DNA from: an uncultured Verrucomicrobiae bacterium
GTDB lineage: Bacteria > Verrucomicrobiota > Verrucomicrobiia > Limisphaerales > Palsa-1400
Direction: 5' to 3'
Assembly: GCA_963764165.1 (NCBI GenBank)
Contig: CAVXRD010000002.1
Coordinates: 1,440,001 to 1,504,000 of the forward strand
Length of the DNA stretch: 64,000 nucleotides
Position numbers and translations under genes: made by a program. Each line of letters opens with the position of its first letter. The first letter of the stretch is position 1. Positions 9,650 through 19,212 of this stretch are shown here, piece by piece. The notes beneath the pieces are model-generated. The model had not been told where the DNA came from. It made no database searches and was given only the letters and a program-made list of their open reading frames with translations.

Positions 9650-10525
9650 ATGAAATCGAATGCCGCCAGCGTTGGCCCGATTAAATTCCACAAGCTCAAC
9701 GCGGCAGATTGGGAATGGCGCGACGCCTATCACTGGCTCCTGACGCTGCGGTGGCCGCAATTCTCGGCCTGCATTTTCGGGCTTTATCTCGGCATCAATC
9801 TCACCTTCTCGCTTTGTTATCACCTGCGCGCCGGCTGCATCGCGGGGATGGACTCCAACTCGTGGGCCGATGCGTTTTTCTTCAGCGTCGAAACGCTCGC
9901 CACAGTTGGCTACGGCCACATGTACCCCGCAACCACTTACGGGCATCTCGTGGCGACGATGGAAATTATCGTGGGGATGTTCGGGATGGCCATCGTCACC
10001 GGCCTGATTTTCATCCGCTTCTCGCGGCCCATTGCGCGGATCGTTTTCAGCGATCCGATGGTTCTCTCGAACTTCGACGGGCAGCCAGCCCTGATGTATC
10101 GCGTGGCCAACCTGCGGGAGCAATCGATGGCGGAAGCCGAATTTCGAATCATTTTGATGCGCAACGAACACGTCAAGGAAGGTGAAACATTACGGCGCTT
10201 TTACCCGCTCACGCTGCAATTCGACCGTTTGATTCTGTTCCCCGCCATCGCCACCATCCGCCACGTCATCGACGAGAAAAGCCCGCTCTTCGGAAAATCG
10301 CTGGCGGACATGGAGCGCGACGATTGCGTATTTGCCGCATCCATCGTTTGCGTGGACACAGTGATTCCCGCGCCCGTTCAAAGCAACCACGTCTACTCAT
10401 GGAGGGACATCCGCCCGGGGCAAAAGTTCGTTGAAGTTTACAAGGAAATCCACGATAATGCCCTTACCGTCGATTACGGCCTTATCCACACGACGGAACC
10501 TGCGAGGATTGCATATGACAAATGA
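9650..10525 (+). CDS. Inward-rectifier potassium channel (KirBac-like)
   Basis: 'DAYHWLLTLRW', 'FFFSVETLATVGYG' selectivity filter, 'RFSRP', 'RVANLR', 'HVIDEKSPL'. Confidence 0.95.
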   Translation: MKSNAASVGPIKFHKLNAADWEWRDAYHWLLTLRWPQFSACIFGLYLGINLTFSLCYHLRAGCIAGMDSNSWADAFFFSVETLATVGYGHMYPATTYGHLVATMEIIVGMFGMAIVTGLIFIRFSRPIARIVFSDPMVLSNFDGQPALMYRVANLREQSMAEAEFRIILMRNEHVKEGETLRRFYPLTLQFDRLILFPAIATIRHVIDEKSPLFGKSLADMERDDCVFAASIVCVDTVIPAPVQSNHVYSWRDIRPGQKFVEVYKEIHDNALTVDYGLIHTTEPARIAYDK

Positions 10526-10733
10526 AGAATTGATAACTGTTGCGCGGTCGCACCTTTCGGACATGCCGGAACTGTCCTGCCAACCTTGGGCGACGCCGGA
10601 AAACATGCCGAATGCATCCATAACGGACACCGTGATTGTTACTTTCACAGGCGACAAAACTCCGGGGCGAATGCTGGTCGTTCTGGAAAAGCAAACCGGC
10701 AGGTTTGTCTTTTCAGGGACTCATCCGCAGTGA
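10515..10733 (+). CDS. Small hypothetical protein
   Basis: 72-aa ORF (MTNEELITVAR...) overlapping the channel stop; no recognised motif. Confidence 0.4.
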   Translation: MTNEELITVARSHLSDMPELSCQPWATPENMPNASITDTVIVTFTGDKTPGRMLVVLEKQTGRFVFSGTHPQ

Positions 10734-10795
10734 GAAGCCGATCGATGGCCCCTGCTCGCCCCACAGGCAGCTCAATGTCATCGTCGAGGTCGCCT

Positions 10796-11569
10796 TCACG
10801 CCGCTTTCGGTGAAGAAGCGGGCTGTCGTTTCGTTTCCCCGCTTGATGGAATCAGCCAGGTGATCAGAACGACGAGGGCTAAAGGAAATGCGAGTCTTGC
10901 ATTGGGATTCAGTTTCGTGCCGAGGTCGATCCACCTGCGATATTCTTCCCAGCTTAAATTATCGTTGGCCAACGCACCAAAGCGCTCAAGTGCATGGGCC
11001 ACCAACACTGCCGCCAATCCAATCATTAAAAAACGCGCACGCGACTGAAAAAAGAGCCGCCACAATTTAAAGGACGCGCGGGATGAGCATCGGCCGACAA
11101 GAACGGTCCCGCAAATAACTGAGACCGCACCAATCCCCTCGTCAATTCCGAGATCGGCGAGGCCATCTCTCAATCCGTCCACCCACCAAAACAGAACTTC
11201 GGTCCGGTTCATGTTCCCGGAGTGCAGTTCAATAAATCCAAGCAAGCCGCTCACTCCCTCACACAGGCCCTGAAAAATCCGCACCATCAGCATCGCGGTC
11301 GCAATCCACAGCACCCACCTTTTCCAGACGGGCGAGGAATCGGTTTTGGCAAATTCCTCCCCAATCTGAAGAGGTTGTCCGATGCGGCGGCAGGCCAGCC
11401 AGAACGATTCTTCTTCATTGAGGCCGCGCGCGCCAAATTCCTTCACGGTATCCAGCAAATGCGTTTCCAACTCCCGGCGGGATTCCGGCGTCAGCCCTGG
11501 CTGCGCGGCGAGTTCTTCGCTCCACGTTTGAACGCTGCCTTTTAAGTCGAACTGGGTTGAATGTTCCAT
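10796..11569 (-). CDS. Permease-prefix-domain membrane protein
   Basis: 'RRELETHLLD...GLNEEESFWLACRRIG...EEF' prefix domain followed by TM helices; downstream of PadR. Confidence 0.8.
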   Translation of the reverse strand: MEHSTQFDLKGSVQTWSEELAAQPGLTPESRRELETHLLDTVKEFGARGLNEEESFWLACRRIGQPLQIGEEFAKTDSSPVWKRWVLWIATAMLMVRIFQGLCEGVSGLLGFIELHSGNMNRTEVLFWWVDGLRDGLADLGIDEGIGAVSVICGTVLVGRCSSRASFKLWRLFFQSRARFLMIGLAAVLVAHALERFGALANDNLSWEEYRRWIDLGTKLNPNARLAFPLALVVLITWLIPSSGETKRQPASSPKAA

Positions 11570-11880
11570 AATTTGCAGAGTGTGTTATGAACGGCGAGCC
11601 ACTGATCGCGCTCCTCGACTATCGCCTTCCGGCCGTCGCGGCTGAGGCGGTAATATTTTCGGTCGCGGCCCGTATCGGACTCTTTCCATTCTGACTCGAT
11701 CAGCTCTTCCGCCTCCAGGCGGTGGAGCACCGGATAGAGCATGCCGTCGCTCCATTCGATCCGTCCGCCTGACAACTCACGCACCTTCCGAATGATCTCA
11801 TAACCATAGCTTTCGCCCTCGGCGAGAATGGAGAGCACGAGCGGTTTGGAGGAGGCGGCGACCAAATCTTTCGTGAGCAT
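11542..11880 (-). CDS. PadR family transcriptional regulator
   Basis: 'LVLSILAEGESYGYEII...GMLYPVLHRLE...RKYYRLSRDG'. Confidence 0.95.
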   Translation of the reverse strand: MLTKDLVAASSKPLVLSILAEGESYGYEIIRKVRELSGGRIEWSDGMLYPVLHRLEAEELIESEWKESDTGRDRKYYRLSRDGRKAIVEERDQWLAVHNTLCKLWNIQPSST

Positions 11881-11886
11881 AGATGC

Positions 11887-11915
11887 TTTATACATTGAAC
11901 ATCAATGTATGGCAA
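11887..11915 (-). promoter_or_regulatory. PadR promoter with palindromic operator
   Basis: Minus strand TTGCCA-N17-TATAAA, 6 nt before ATG; perfect inverted repeat ATACATTGA-N3-TCAATGTAT (11890-11910) spans the spacer. Confidence 0.75.
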
Positions 11916-12016
11916 CAAGAAAATATGGCGCGGCCAACGCAAACAGCAACAACGGGATCCCTTCGCAACCTTTCCACCTTTGGAGTGTTTCATGAACATC
12001 AAAGCGAACCGCAGAA

Positions 12017-12158
12017 GAGCCACAGATTGACACAGATCAACACAGATTTTCTGATTTGGCAGGCGTTGCCCCGGCGCAACAGTGGTGACCGGATCAAGTC
12101 CCTTTTGTATCGCCTTTACAATTTCTTATCTGTGTTGATCTGTGTCCGTCTGTGGCTC
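12017..12158. repeat. Inverted-repeat element with 9-10 bp periodic CACAGAT/ATCTGTG arms
   Basis: gagccacagattgacacagatcaacacagat ... atctgtgttgatctgtgtccgtctgtggctc; a half-copy occurs at about 5945-5966. Confidence 0.7.
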
Positions 12159-12247
12159 TCCGTCCGAGGTTCGTCATTGGCCCAAAATTTCGTTGCAATG
12201 TTTTCGCGGCGTTCTCATCCTTCGTGTCAACGCAAACCCTGAAATTT

Positions 12248-13279
12248 ATGTCTGACAATTGTTTTCATCCGAGCATCGAAGGCGCGCAGCATGGCGCGAA
12301 ATCCCTCGCCGATTTCATCGATTACGCAAAGGCGTCTGGCGCGGCGGGCGCACAACCGTCGAATTTCATGCTCCATGAGGGCGCGAAATTTAAGAAGGCC
12401 GCCGAAATCAAAGAGGCGTTCGCCTCCCGCGGCATGACGCTGGACGGCATTTCCGCGCATTGCCCGTTCTGGGTGCATACTACGGCTTGGACGGAAAGCC
12501 CGACGGTTCGCCCGTTCCTGCCTCCGGATGTGGCCAAGAAATCGGCCGGGGAAATCGAGAAGTGGAGCGAGACTTACCTATTGAAACTGCTGGATTTGGC
12601 GGCGGAACTTGGCGTGAAAATTGTGCCGATGTTCTGGGGAGTCGCTTTTGGATGGGAATTGGCCACCGGTTATCCTTGGGGATTTTGGAAGGGCGGCGAT
12701 TACGATTTGCTGGCCGAAGGAAAGGCGCGTTTTGTCAAGAAGACGGCGAAAATCCGGGCCCACGCCAATAAGCTGGGAATCTTCCTGGCCCACGAAATCC
12801 ATCCGGGCACCGCCGCGATGTGCGCCGATGACTTCAATTTGATTGTTGCCGCCTGCGACGGCGACAAATGCCTCGCAGTCAATGCTGATCCCTCGCATTG
12901 CTGGGAGGGCGAGAGTTGGGAGACGCGGTTCATGAAGGTCGCTTCCCGCGTCTATGCCTGCCACGTCAAGAATTTCGTCATCCGCCCCGGCTTCCCGCTG
13001 CGCATGATGGAAGGCGGCTGGCAGAAACGCGCCATGCAATTCGTGGACATCCCATCCGGCGATCTGAACATGACGCGATACGTTGAGTTGCTCATCCACA
13101 TCGGCTACCCGCAGCGTTATTGCGCGGCGATGAAAACCAAGACGGCGCCGCTGATTGTCGAAGCCGAAAGCGCCTACCGCGATCTTGACAAAACGAGCGC
13201 CAATGGCATCGCTTTCGTGCGCGATAATTTATGCTTTCCGATCGCGGCGGGGTCATTCGAAGAGGGGATGGGGGCGTGA
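12248..13279 (+). CDS. Sugar phosphate isomerase/epimerase (xylose isomerase-like TIM barrel)
   Basis: 'LAHEIHPG', 'VNADPSH', 'CHVKN', 'IVEAE' metal-binding pattern. Confidence 0.85.
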   Translation: MSDNCFHPSIEGAQHGAKSLADFIDYAKASGAAGAQPSNFMLHEGAKFKKAAEIKEAFASRGMTLDGISAHCPFWVHTTAWTESPTVRPFLPPDVAKKSAGEIEKWSETYLLKLLDLAAELGVKIVPMFWGVAFGWELATGYPWGFWKGGDYDLLAEGKARFVKKTAKIRAHANKLGIFLAHEIHPGTAAMCADDFNLIVAACDGDKCLAVNADPSHCWEGESWETRFMKVASRVYACHVKNFVIRPGFPLRMMEGGWQKRAMQFVDIPSGDLNMTRYVELLIHIGYPQRYCAAMKTKTAPLIVEAESAYRDLDKTSANGIAFVRDNLCFPIAAGSFEEGMGA

Positions 13280-13331
13280 GTTGCGTCAACATTGTAATGC
13301 ATTCCCTTACAATAATAAAAGTTGCCAACTT

Positions 13332-13577
13332 ATGACACTCCGTTATGATATTCAGATTGTGAGAGCCAGATCGGTGGTAAAGTCGTTGTTGCTGGCGTCA
13401 GTCATTGCGGTGATTGGCGGCGGTTGCGGCGGCATTGCGGCCACACCGGCTTTCTCGCCTCTGATGTTCCTGTTGCCAGGATTGGGCCAGGCCAAGCCGG
13501 CCGCTCCGACTCCTTCGGTGACGAACGCACCTTCGATGCAGGTCGCGTCGAATCGGGATTTGTCCCAAGTAAATTAA
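13332..13577 (+). CDS. Small putative lipoprotein upstream of hpnH
   Basis: Hydrophobic stretch ending 'IGGGC'; stop lies 6 nt before hpnH. Confidence 0.5.
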   Translation: MTLRYDIQIVRARSVVKSLLLASVIAVIGGGCGGIAATPAFSPLMFLLPGLGQAKPAAPTPSVTNAPSMQVASNRDLSQVN

Positions 13578-13583
13578 AAAATT

Positions 13584-14921
13584 ATGCGGTTTCCACTCGC
13601 GTTGACGGCGAAAATCGCCGCCCACATTGTCAAACAGAAGCTTTCGCGCACCCCAAAGTTCGCCTTGGTTTTGCAACTTGAACCGTTGCACACCTGTAAC
13701 TTGACTTGCACCGGCTGCGGGCGCATCCGGGAATATTCCACGTATCTAAAGGATAAGATGTCGCTGGAAGATTGCCTCGGCGCGGCCGCCGAATGCGATG
13801 CGCCGATGGTTTCCATTTGCGGCGGCGAACCGCTGATCTACCCGGAAATCGAAGCGTTGACAGAAGGCCTTTTGAAGCAGGGGCGCATTGTTTATATGTG
13901 CACCAACGGCGTGTTCATGCGCCGGAAGATGAAGGATTATCTCGCGAGCGCTTACTCCGAAAAGATGGAGCCGAAGATCGCGAAATTGATCGCGGAGAAT
14001 TTAATTACTGACAAGGAAGCGGCCACCATTCGCAAGGGCAAATCCGACAACAAGCCGACCATTCGCCCGACCAAGTGGATGTATTGGAACGTTCATATTG
14101 ACGGTCTGGAATACACGCACGATTTGATCGTTGAAAAAGAAGGCGTGTTCAAGGAATGCGTCGAGGCCATCAAGATGGCGAAGATCCTCGGCTATCAGGT
14201 GGCGACCAACACGACGGTGTACAAGGAAGCGGACGTCAAAGAAATCGAGGACATGTTCAAGTTCTTCTCCTCGCTGGAAGTGGACGCGCACACGATTTCC
14301 CCGGGCTATGAATATGACGCGGCCAAGAAAGACATGGTCACCCGCCTGGGCAAACAGCCGGAAGATTTCTTTTTGACGCGCAAAATGACGCGCGAGAAGT
14401 TCAAAGACATCGAGAAGTGGGCGGATCGTTTTACGATCATCGGCACGCGAGTCTACCAGGAATTCCTCGCCGGCAAGCGCGAATTAACCTGCACCGCATG
14501 GGCAATTCCGACCCGCAACATCCGCGGCTGGAAAGCCCCCTGCTACCTCATGACCGACGGCCATTACGCCCATTATCAGGAGATGCTCGAAAAGGTGGAT
14601 TGGTCCAAGTATGGCGTGGTGAACGGCGTGGCCCGCGATTCGCGCTGCGAGAACTGCATGGTTCACTGCGGCTACGACCCGAGCGGCGCGCTGAGCACGA
14701 GCTTGAGCGATACTTGGAAGAACATGTCTTACAATTTCAGCGCCAAGCCGAAGCCTTATTACGAGGGCCGGAGCGTGAAAGCCTTCAACGGTTTTTCCAT
14801 TGGCAAAGGTCATCTGGCGGAAGCGAAGGCGGCGATCAATGCGCCTGCGGCAAGCTGCGGAACAGGCGACAGCGCCCAGCGCGACGAGCTTTTGGCCAAG
14901 GTCAATCCAAAGAAGCCTTGA
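13584..14921 (+). CDS. hpnH: Adenosyl-hopene transferase, radical SAM (HpnH, DUF3463)
   Basis: 'LQLEPLHTCNLTCTGCGRI', 'VSICGGEPL', 'CTAWAIPTRNIRGWKAPCYL', 'RCENCMVHCGY'. Confidence 0.9.
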   Translation: MRFPLALTAKIAAHIVKQKLSRTPKFALVLQLEPLHTCNLTCTGCGRIREYSTYLKDKMSLEDCLGAAAECDAPMVSICGGEPLIYPEIEALTEGLLKQGRIVYMCTNGVFMRRKMKDYLASAYSEKMEPKIAKLIAENLITDKEAATIRKGKSDNKPTIRPTKWMYWNVHIDGLEYTHDLIVEKEGVFKECVEAIKMAKILGYQVATNTTVYKEADVKEIEDMFKFFSSLEVDAHTISPGYEYDAAKKDMVTRLGKQPEDFFLTRKMTREKFKDIEKWADRFTIIGTRVYQEFLAGKRELTCTAWAIPTRNIRGWKAPCYLMTDGHYAHYQEMLEKVDWSKYGVVNGVARDSRCENCMVHCGYDPSGALSTSLSDTWKNMSYNFSAKPKPYYEGRSVKAFNGFSIGKGHLAEAKAAINAPAASCGTGDSAQRDELLAKVNPKKP

Positions 14922-15001
14922 CGTAATAAATTCGCGGGCCATCCTGCCCGCGAGGTTTGGCATTCGAATTTTCGATCAGTTCAGTGTTGTCACAATAAAG
15001 T

Positions 15002-16459
15002 ATGAGTAAGACGCTATTTCTTTCGCCTCCGAGCTTTGATGGTTTTGACGGCGGGGCCGGTTCCCGTTATCAAGCGCGGCGCGAAGTCACTTCATTCTGG
15101 TATCCGACATGGCTCGCCCAGCCGGCGGCCCTTGTGCCGAACAGCCGGTTGCTGGATTGCCCGCCGCACGACATCGACATTAAAAAATGCCTCGAAATCG
15201 CGAAGGATTACGATCACGTCATCATTAACACTTCGACGCCGTCGTTGAAAAACGACAGCAAAGTCGCCGAGGCGATCAAAGACCAGCGGAAGGATGTGAC
15301 AATCGGATTCGTCGGCGCGCACGCCGCGGTTCTTCCGACGGAAACGTTGAAGGCTTCCAAAGCCATTGATTGGGTCGGCCGCAAGGAATTTGATTTCACC
15401 TGCAAAGACGTTGCGGATGGCAGACCGTTGGACAAAATTGATGGGCTTTCCTATCGCAATGCCGAAGGGAAAATCATCCACAATCGCGAGCGCGAAATGA
15501 TCAGCAACATGGACACGCTCCCGTGGGTGGTCGACACCTACAAGCGCGATCTGCAGATCGAGAAGTATTTCATCGGTTACCTGATGCATCCGTATCTGAG
15601 CCTTTACACCGGTCGCGGATGCCCGGCGCAATGCACGTTCTGCCTCTGGCCGCAAACCATCGGCGGGCACAAATATCGCGTCCGTTCCCCCGAGAACGTC
15701 GCTGGCGAAATGGCTTACGCGAAGAAGCTCTTCCCGCAAGTGCGCGAATTCTTTTTCGATGACGACACCTTCACAGCCAACCTGCCCCGCGCCCGCGAAA
15801 TCGCCAAGAAACTCGCGCCGCTCGGCTTGACGTGGTCTTGCAACAGCCGCGCCAATCTCGATTATGACACCATCAAGTCATTCAAGGATTCCGGGCTGCG
15901 CCTGTTCCTCGTCGGTTACGAGAGCGGCAACCAGGATATTTTGAACCGCATCAAGAAGGGCATTCAATTGGAGGAATCGCACAAATTCACCAAGGCTTGC
16001 CACAAGGCCGGCGTGGTCATCCACGGCACCTTCATCCTGGGATTGCCCGTCGAAACGCGCGAAACAATCGAGCAAACGATTCGTTACGCGATGGATTTGG
16101 ACGTGTTCAGCATCCAGGTTTCTCTCGCCGCGCCCTATCCCGGGACGGAACTGTTCGACATGGCCCGCCAGAATGGCTGGTTCGCCAAGAAGGACAAGAC
16201 GGACATCGTACATGACGACGGATTCCAGCAAAGCTCGCTGGAATATCCGGGCCTGAGCAAAGACGAAATTTTTGAAGCCGTCGACCGGTTCTATCGAGCG
16301 TATTACCTGCGCCCGAAACCGATCCTGCGCATCATCAAGACGATGCTGGAAGACAAGGACGTCTGCGTCCGCCGCTGCCGCGAAGGATTCGAATTTTTCA
16401 AGAGCCTGCGCCAGCGGAAAGTTGATTTGGCCGCGTCCCGCGCTCTGCAAGCCGCGTAA
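15002..16459 (+). CDS. hpnJ: Hopanoid biosynthesis-associated radical SAM protein HpnJ
   Basis: 'PPSFDGFDGGAGSRYQARRE...FWYPTWLAQPAA', 'GRGCPAQCTFCLWPQTIGGH', 'FFFDDDTF'. Confidence 0.95.
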   Translation: MSKTLFLSPPSFDGFDGGAGSRYQARREVTSFWYPTWLAQPAALVPNSRLLDCPPHDIDIKKCLEIAKDYDHVIINTSTPSLKNDSKVAEAIKDQRKDVTIGFVGAHAAVLPTETLKASKAIDWVGRKEFDFTCKDVADGRPLDKIDGLSYRNAEGKIIHNREREMISNMDTLPWVVDTYKRDLQIEKYFIGYLMHPYLSLYTGRGCPAQCTFCLWPQTIGGHKYRVRSPENVAGEMAYAKKLFPQVREFFFDDDTFTANLPRAREIAKKLAPLGLTWSCNSRANLDYDTIKSFKDSGLRLFLVGYESGNQDILNRIKKGIQLEESHKFTKACHKAGVVIHGTFILGLPVETRETIEQTIRYAMDLDVFSIQVSLAAPYPGTELFDMARQNGWFAKKDKTDIVHDDGFQQSSLEYPGLSKDEIFEAVDRFYRAYYLRPKPILRIIKTMLEDKDVCVRRCREGFEFFKSLRQRKVDLAASRALQAA

Positions 16460-16567
16460 ACGCGGAATGAATTTGGCGGAGCTTCGCTTGACAAGGCGGG
16501 CTTCTGCCAAGAGGCTTGGTTGCTCCGGAGTGCGCGCCGGAATTCTTTTGGCGGTGTTTTCTTTTTC

Positions 16568-16599
16568 ATTAACACCCCCGCTGAAGCGGGGGGTTAATA
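16568..16599. terminator. Hairpin/REP-like palindrome between convergent hpnJ and rimO
   Basis: attaacacccccgct-ga-agcgggggttaat inverted repeat. Confidence 0.5.
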
Positions 16600-16663
16600 G
16601 CAGGAACGGCGGAGAGCAATATATTCGCTTGCATACAATTCATCCGGCTGACTGCGCCGCGAA

Positions 16664-18259
16664 TTATGCCTCCATTGCCGCGATCAAATCGTAATCGGTA
16701 TGGCCGATGATTTTGACGCGGGCGAATTGGCCGGGCGTGGCTTTGCCGCGAACGTAAACGCGCCCGTCGATATCCGGCGCATCCGCTTCGCCGCGGGCAA
16801 TCCAATATTTTTCGCCCTCGGCGAAATTCTTGGATTTCCTGGACGACTGCGAGCGGATCAGGCCGTGCTCCCACGATTGAACTTGCGCCGCCGCCAGATC
16901 GCTCGCGCCCGCTCCGCGTTCCACCAAAACAGTCGCCGCGCCGCCGACCCGTGAGGCGGAGATTTCCCGGGAAATTTTCAATTGCTCGGCCATCGCGCGC
17001 TGCTGGCGGCGCTTCTTCACTTTGTCGTCGATCTGTTCTTCCATTTTCGCCGCGCGCGTGCCGTCCTGCTGCGAGTAGAGGAAAACTCCCATTCGCTCAA
17101 AACGCGTCGCCCGAATGAATTCCAGCAGCGTGTTGAAATATTCGTCCGTCTCGCCAGGGAATCCAACGATGAACGTCGTCCGCAGCGTGATGCCCGGGAT
17201 GCCCGCACGAATCTTCGCAATCAGGTCAACAATATATTGCTGCGTCGTCTCGCGCCGCATGCGTTCGAGCATGCTTTGGTGAATGTGCTGCAGCGGCATG
17301 TCGACGTAGCGCGCGACCTTCGGACACTCCGCGATGGTCTTGATGAGTTCATCCGTCCAATGCGCGGGATGGGTGTAAAGCAGGCGAATCCAAAAATCTC
17401 CGGGAAGCGCGTTCAAATCGCGCAGCAGCGTGCAGAGGGTCGACGCGTCCGCCGGGAGCGATTGCGCGGCGGCGGTGAATTTTTCCGGGGACGATATGGC
17501 GCGCGAATGTCCCGCCCGCAAATCCAGCCCGTAATACGTCGAATCCTGCGAGATGAGATTGAGTTCCTTGACGCCTTCCGCAATAAGCTGGCGCGCTTCC
17601 GCCACGATGTCATTTTGCTGCCGGCTGCGATGTGATCCGCGCATGCGCGGGATGATGCAAAAGCTGCACGGATGATTGCATCCTTCCGCGATTTTGACGT
17701 AAGCAAAATGTTTCGGTGTCAGGCGAAAACGCGGCGTGGCAAAATCTGGAATAAACGTCGGCCGAACGTTGACGTCCACCGGCACAGCAGGCGGCTGGGG
17801 AGCCAATTGCGCCAGCTTGCGCGAAACCTCTTTTTTTCCAAGCGATGTGGGCGGCGCCTCGGCGAGTTTTTCGCGCCGCCGGGTGAGAGCCTTCTCCACG
17901 ATATCGGAAACCTGCGCCACCTGATCGATGCCCATGAACGCATCCACCTCCGGCAAAAGCTTGGGCAGATCGTCGCGAAAGCGCTGGGGCAAACAGCCGG
18001 AGACGATCAAGCCCTGGGTCGGATGATCGCGCTGCCGGATTTCAGAGGACTCTAAAATAGCGTCGACGCTTTCCTCCTGCGCCGCGTCGATGAACGAGCA
18101 CGTGTTGACGATGACGACATCGGCGGCCGAGGCTTCGTTGGTGATCTGGTAGCCGGCCTTCATCAGCGAGCCGAGCATGATTTCGGCGTCGACGAGATTC
18201 TTGGCGCAGCCGAGCGAAATCAGCCCCACGCTGACGGGATTTTTTTTCTCGGGCGTCAT
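16664..18259 (-). CDS. rimO: Ribosomal protein S12 methylthiotransferase RimO
   Basis: 'SLGCAKNLVDAE', 'NTCSFI', 'KIAEGCNHPCSFCIIP', 'LRTTFIVGFPGET', 'DAPDIDG' TRAM. Confidence 0.95.
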   Translation of the reverse strand: MTPEKKNPVSVGLISLGCAKNLVDAEIMLGSLMKAGYQITNEASAADVVIVNTCSFIDAAQEESVDAILESSEIRQRDHPTQGLIVSGCLPQRFRDDLPKLLPEVDAFMGIDQVAQVSDIVEKALTRRREKLAEAPPTSLGKKEVSRKLAQLAPQPPAVPVDVNVRPTFIPDFATPRFRLTPKHFAYVKIAEGCNHPCSFCIIPRMRGSHRSRQQNDIVAEARQLIAEGVKELNLISQDSTYYGLDLRAGHSRAISSPEKFTAAAQSLPADASTLCTLLRDLNALPGDFWIRLLYTHPAHWTDELIKTIAECPKVARYVDMPLQHIHQSMLERMRRETTQQYIVDLIAKIRAGIPGITLRTTFIVGFPGETDEYFNTLLEFIRATRFERMGVFLYSQQDGTRAAKMEEQIDDKVKKRRQQRAMAEQLKISREISASRVGGAATVLVERGAGASDLAAAQVQSWEHGLIRSQSSRKSKNFAEGEKYWIARGEADAPDIDGRVYVRGKATPGQFARVKIIGHTDYDLIAAMEA

Positions 18260-19212
18260 AATCCCTGATTGTCCATCACCGCGCTTTTGCTTTTGGTTGT
18301 CACAGAAAATTTGAAACTATCATCCGTCCCCGCCGCGCCGTAACGGCCGTATTTGTCGAGGGCGACGAAATTAATGTGCAGGTCGGCCAGCTTTTCCGTT
18401 TCCGCGATGCGCTTGATGGTTTTCTGGATCGCGGCCAGCGGAGCCAGCCCTTGCCGCATAAATTCCACGATTAGGAAAGACGCGCAATAACGCATCACGT
18501 TTTCGCCAATGCCCGTTGCGCCCGCCGCGCCGACAGCGTTGTCAACATAAAGCCCGCTTCCCAAAATCGGCGAATCACCGACGCGTCCCGGAAGTTTTCC
18601 ACCCAATCCACTGGTCGAGCAGCCGCCCGCAATCGTGCCATCCGCCCCGAGGACCAGCAGAGCGATGGTGTCGTGGTTGTCCGCTTTTTTCACGACCGGG
18701 GCGGGATGCGCCGCGGCCCATTTGTCGTAAAGTTCGCGATTGTTGCCCGGAAGAGATTCAAGACCCTGCTCGATGGCAAACAGCCGAGCGCCTTCGCCGA
18801 CAATCATGACGTGCGGAGATTTTTCCATCACGCGCCGCGCGGCGGAAATCGGATGGCGAATGCCTTCGATGGCCGCCACGCTGCCCGCCTTGTGGCCCGG
18901 CCCATACATCATGCACGAATCCAACTGCACAAATCCCGCCGCGTTCGGCGTGCCGCCAAGACCGACGGATTTGTTGGTCATGTCGTTTTCCGTGACCCAA
19001 ATTCCTTTTTCGATAGCGTCAAGAATTGAGCCGCCATCGTTGAGAATTTTCATCGCGGCGTCGTTTGACGCTTTTCCGAATGGCCACGTCGAGACAATCA
19101 GCGGCACCTCGCCTTTTTTCGGGGCGATTTGCGCTTGAGTCTGCGACGCGGCTGCGCCAGCCGCCAGGCCGAGCGCCGCGCCGCGAACAAATTTGCGCCG
19201 GGTCATATTCAT
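18256..19212 (-). CDS. N(4)-(beta-N-acetylglucosaminyl)-L-asparaginase (Ntn hydrolase), Tat-exported
   Basis: 'TRRKFV' Tat motif; 'SVGLGGTP', 'NHDTIA' autocleavage site, 'STSGL...GRVGDSP'. Confidence 0.9.
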   Translation of the reverse strand: MNMTRRKFVRGAALGLAAGAAASQTQAQIAPKKGEVPLIVSTWPFGKASNDAAMKILNDGGSILDAIEKGIWVTENDMTNKSVGLGGTPNAAGFVQLDSCMMYGPGHKAGSVAAIEGIRHPISAARRVMEKSPHVMIVGEGARLFAIEQGLESLPGNNRELYDKWAAAHPAPVVKKADNHDTIALLVLGADGTIAGGCSTSGLGGKLPGRVGDSPILGSGLYVDNAVGAAGATGIGENVMRYCASFLIVEFMRQGLAPLAAIQKTIKRIAETEKLADLHINFVALDKYGRYGAAGTDDSFKFSVTTKSKSAVMDNQGL

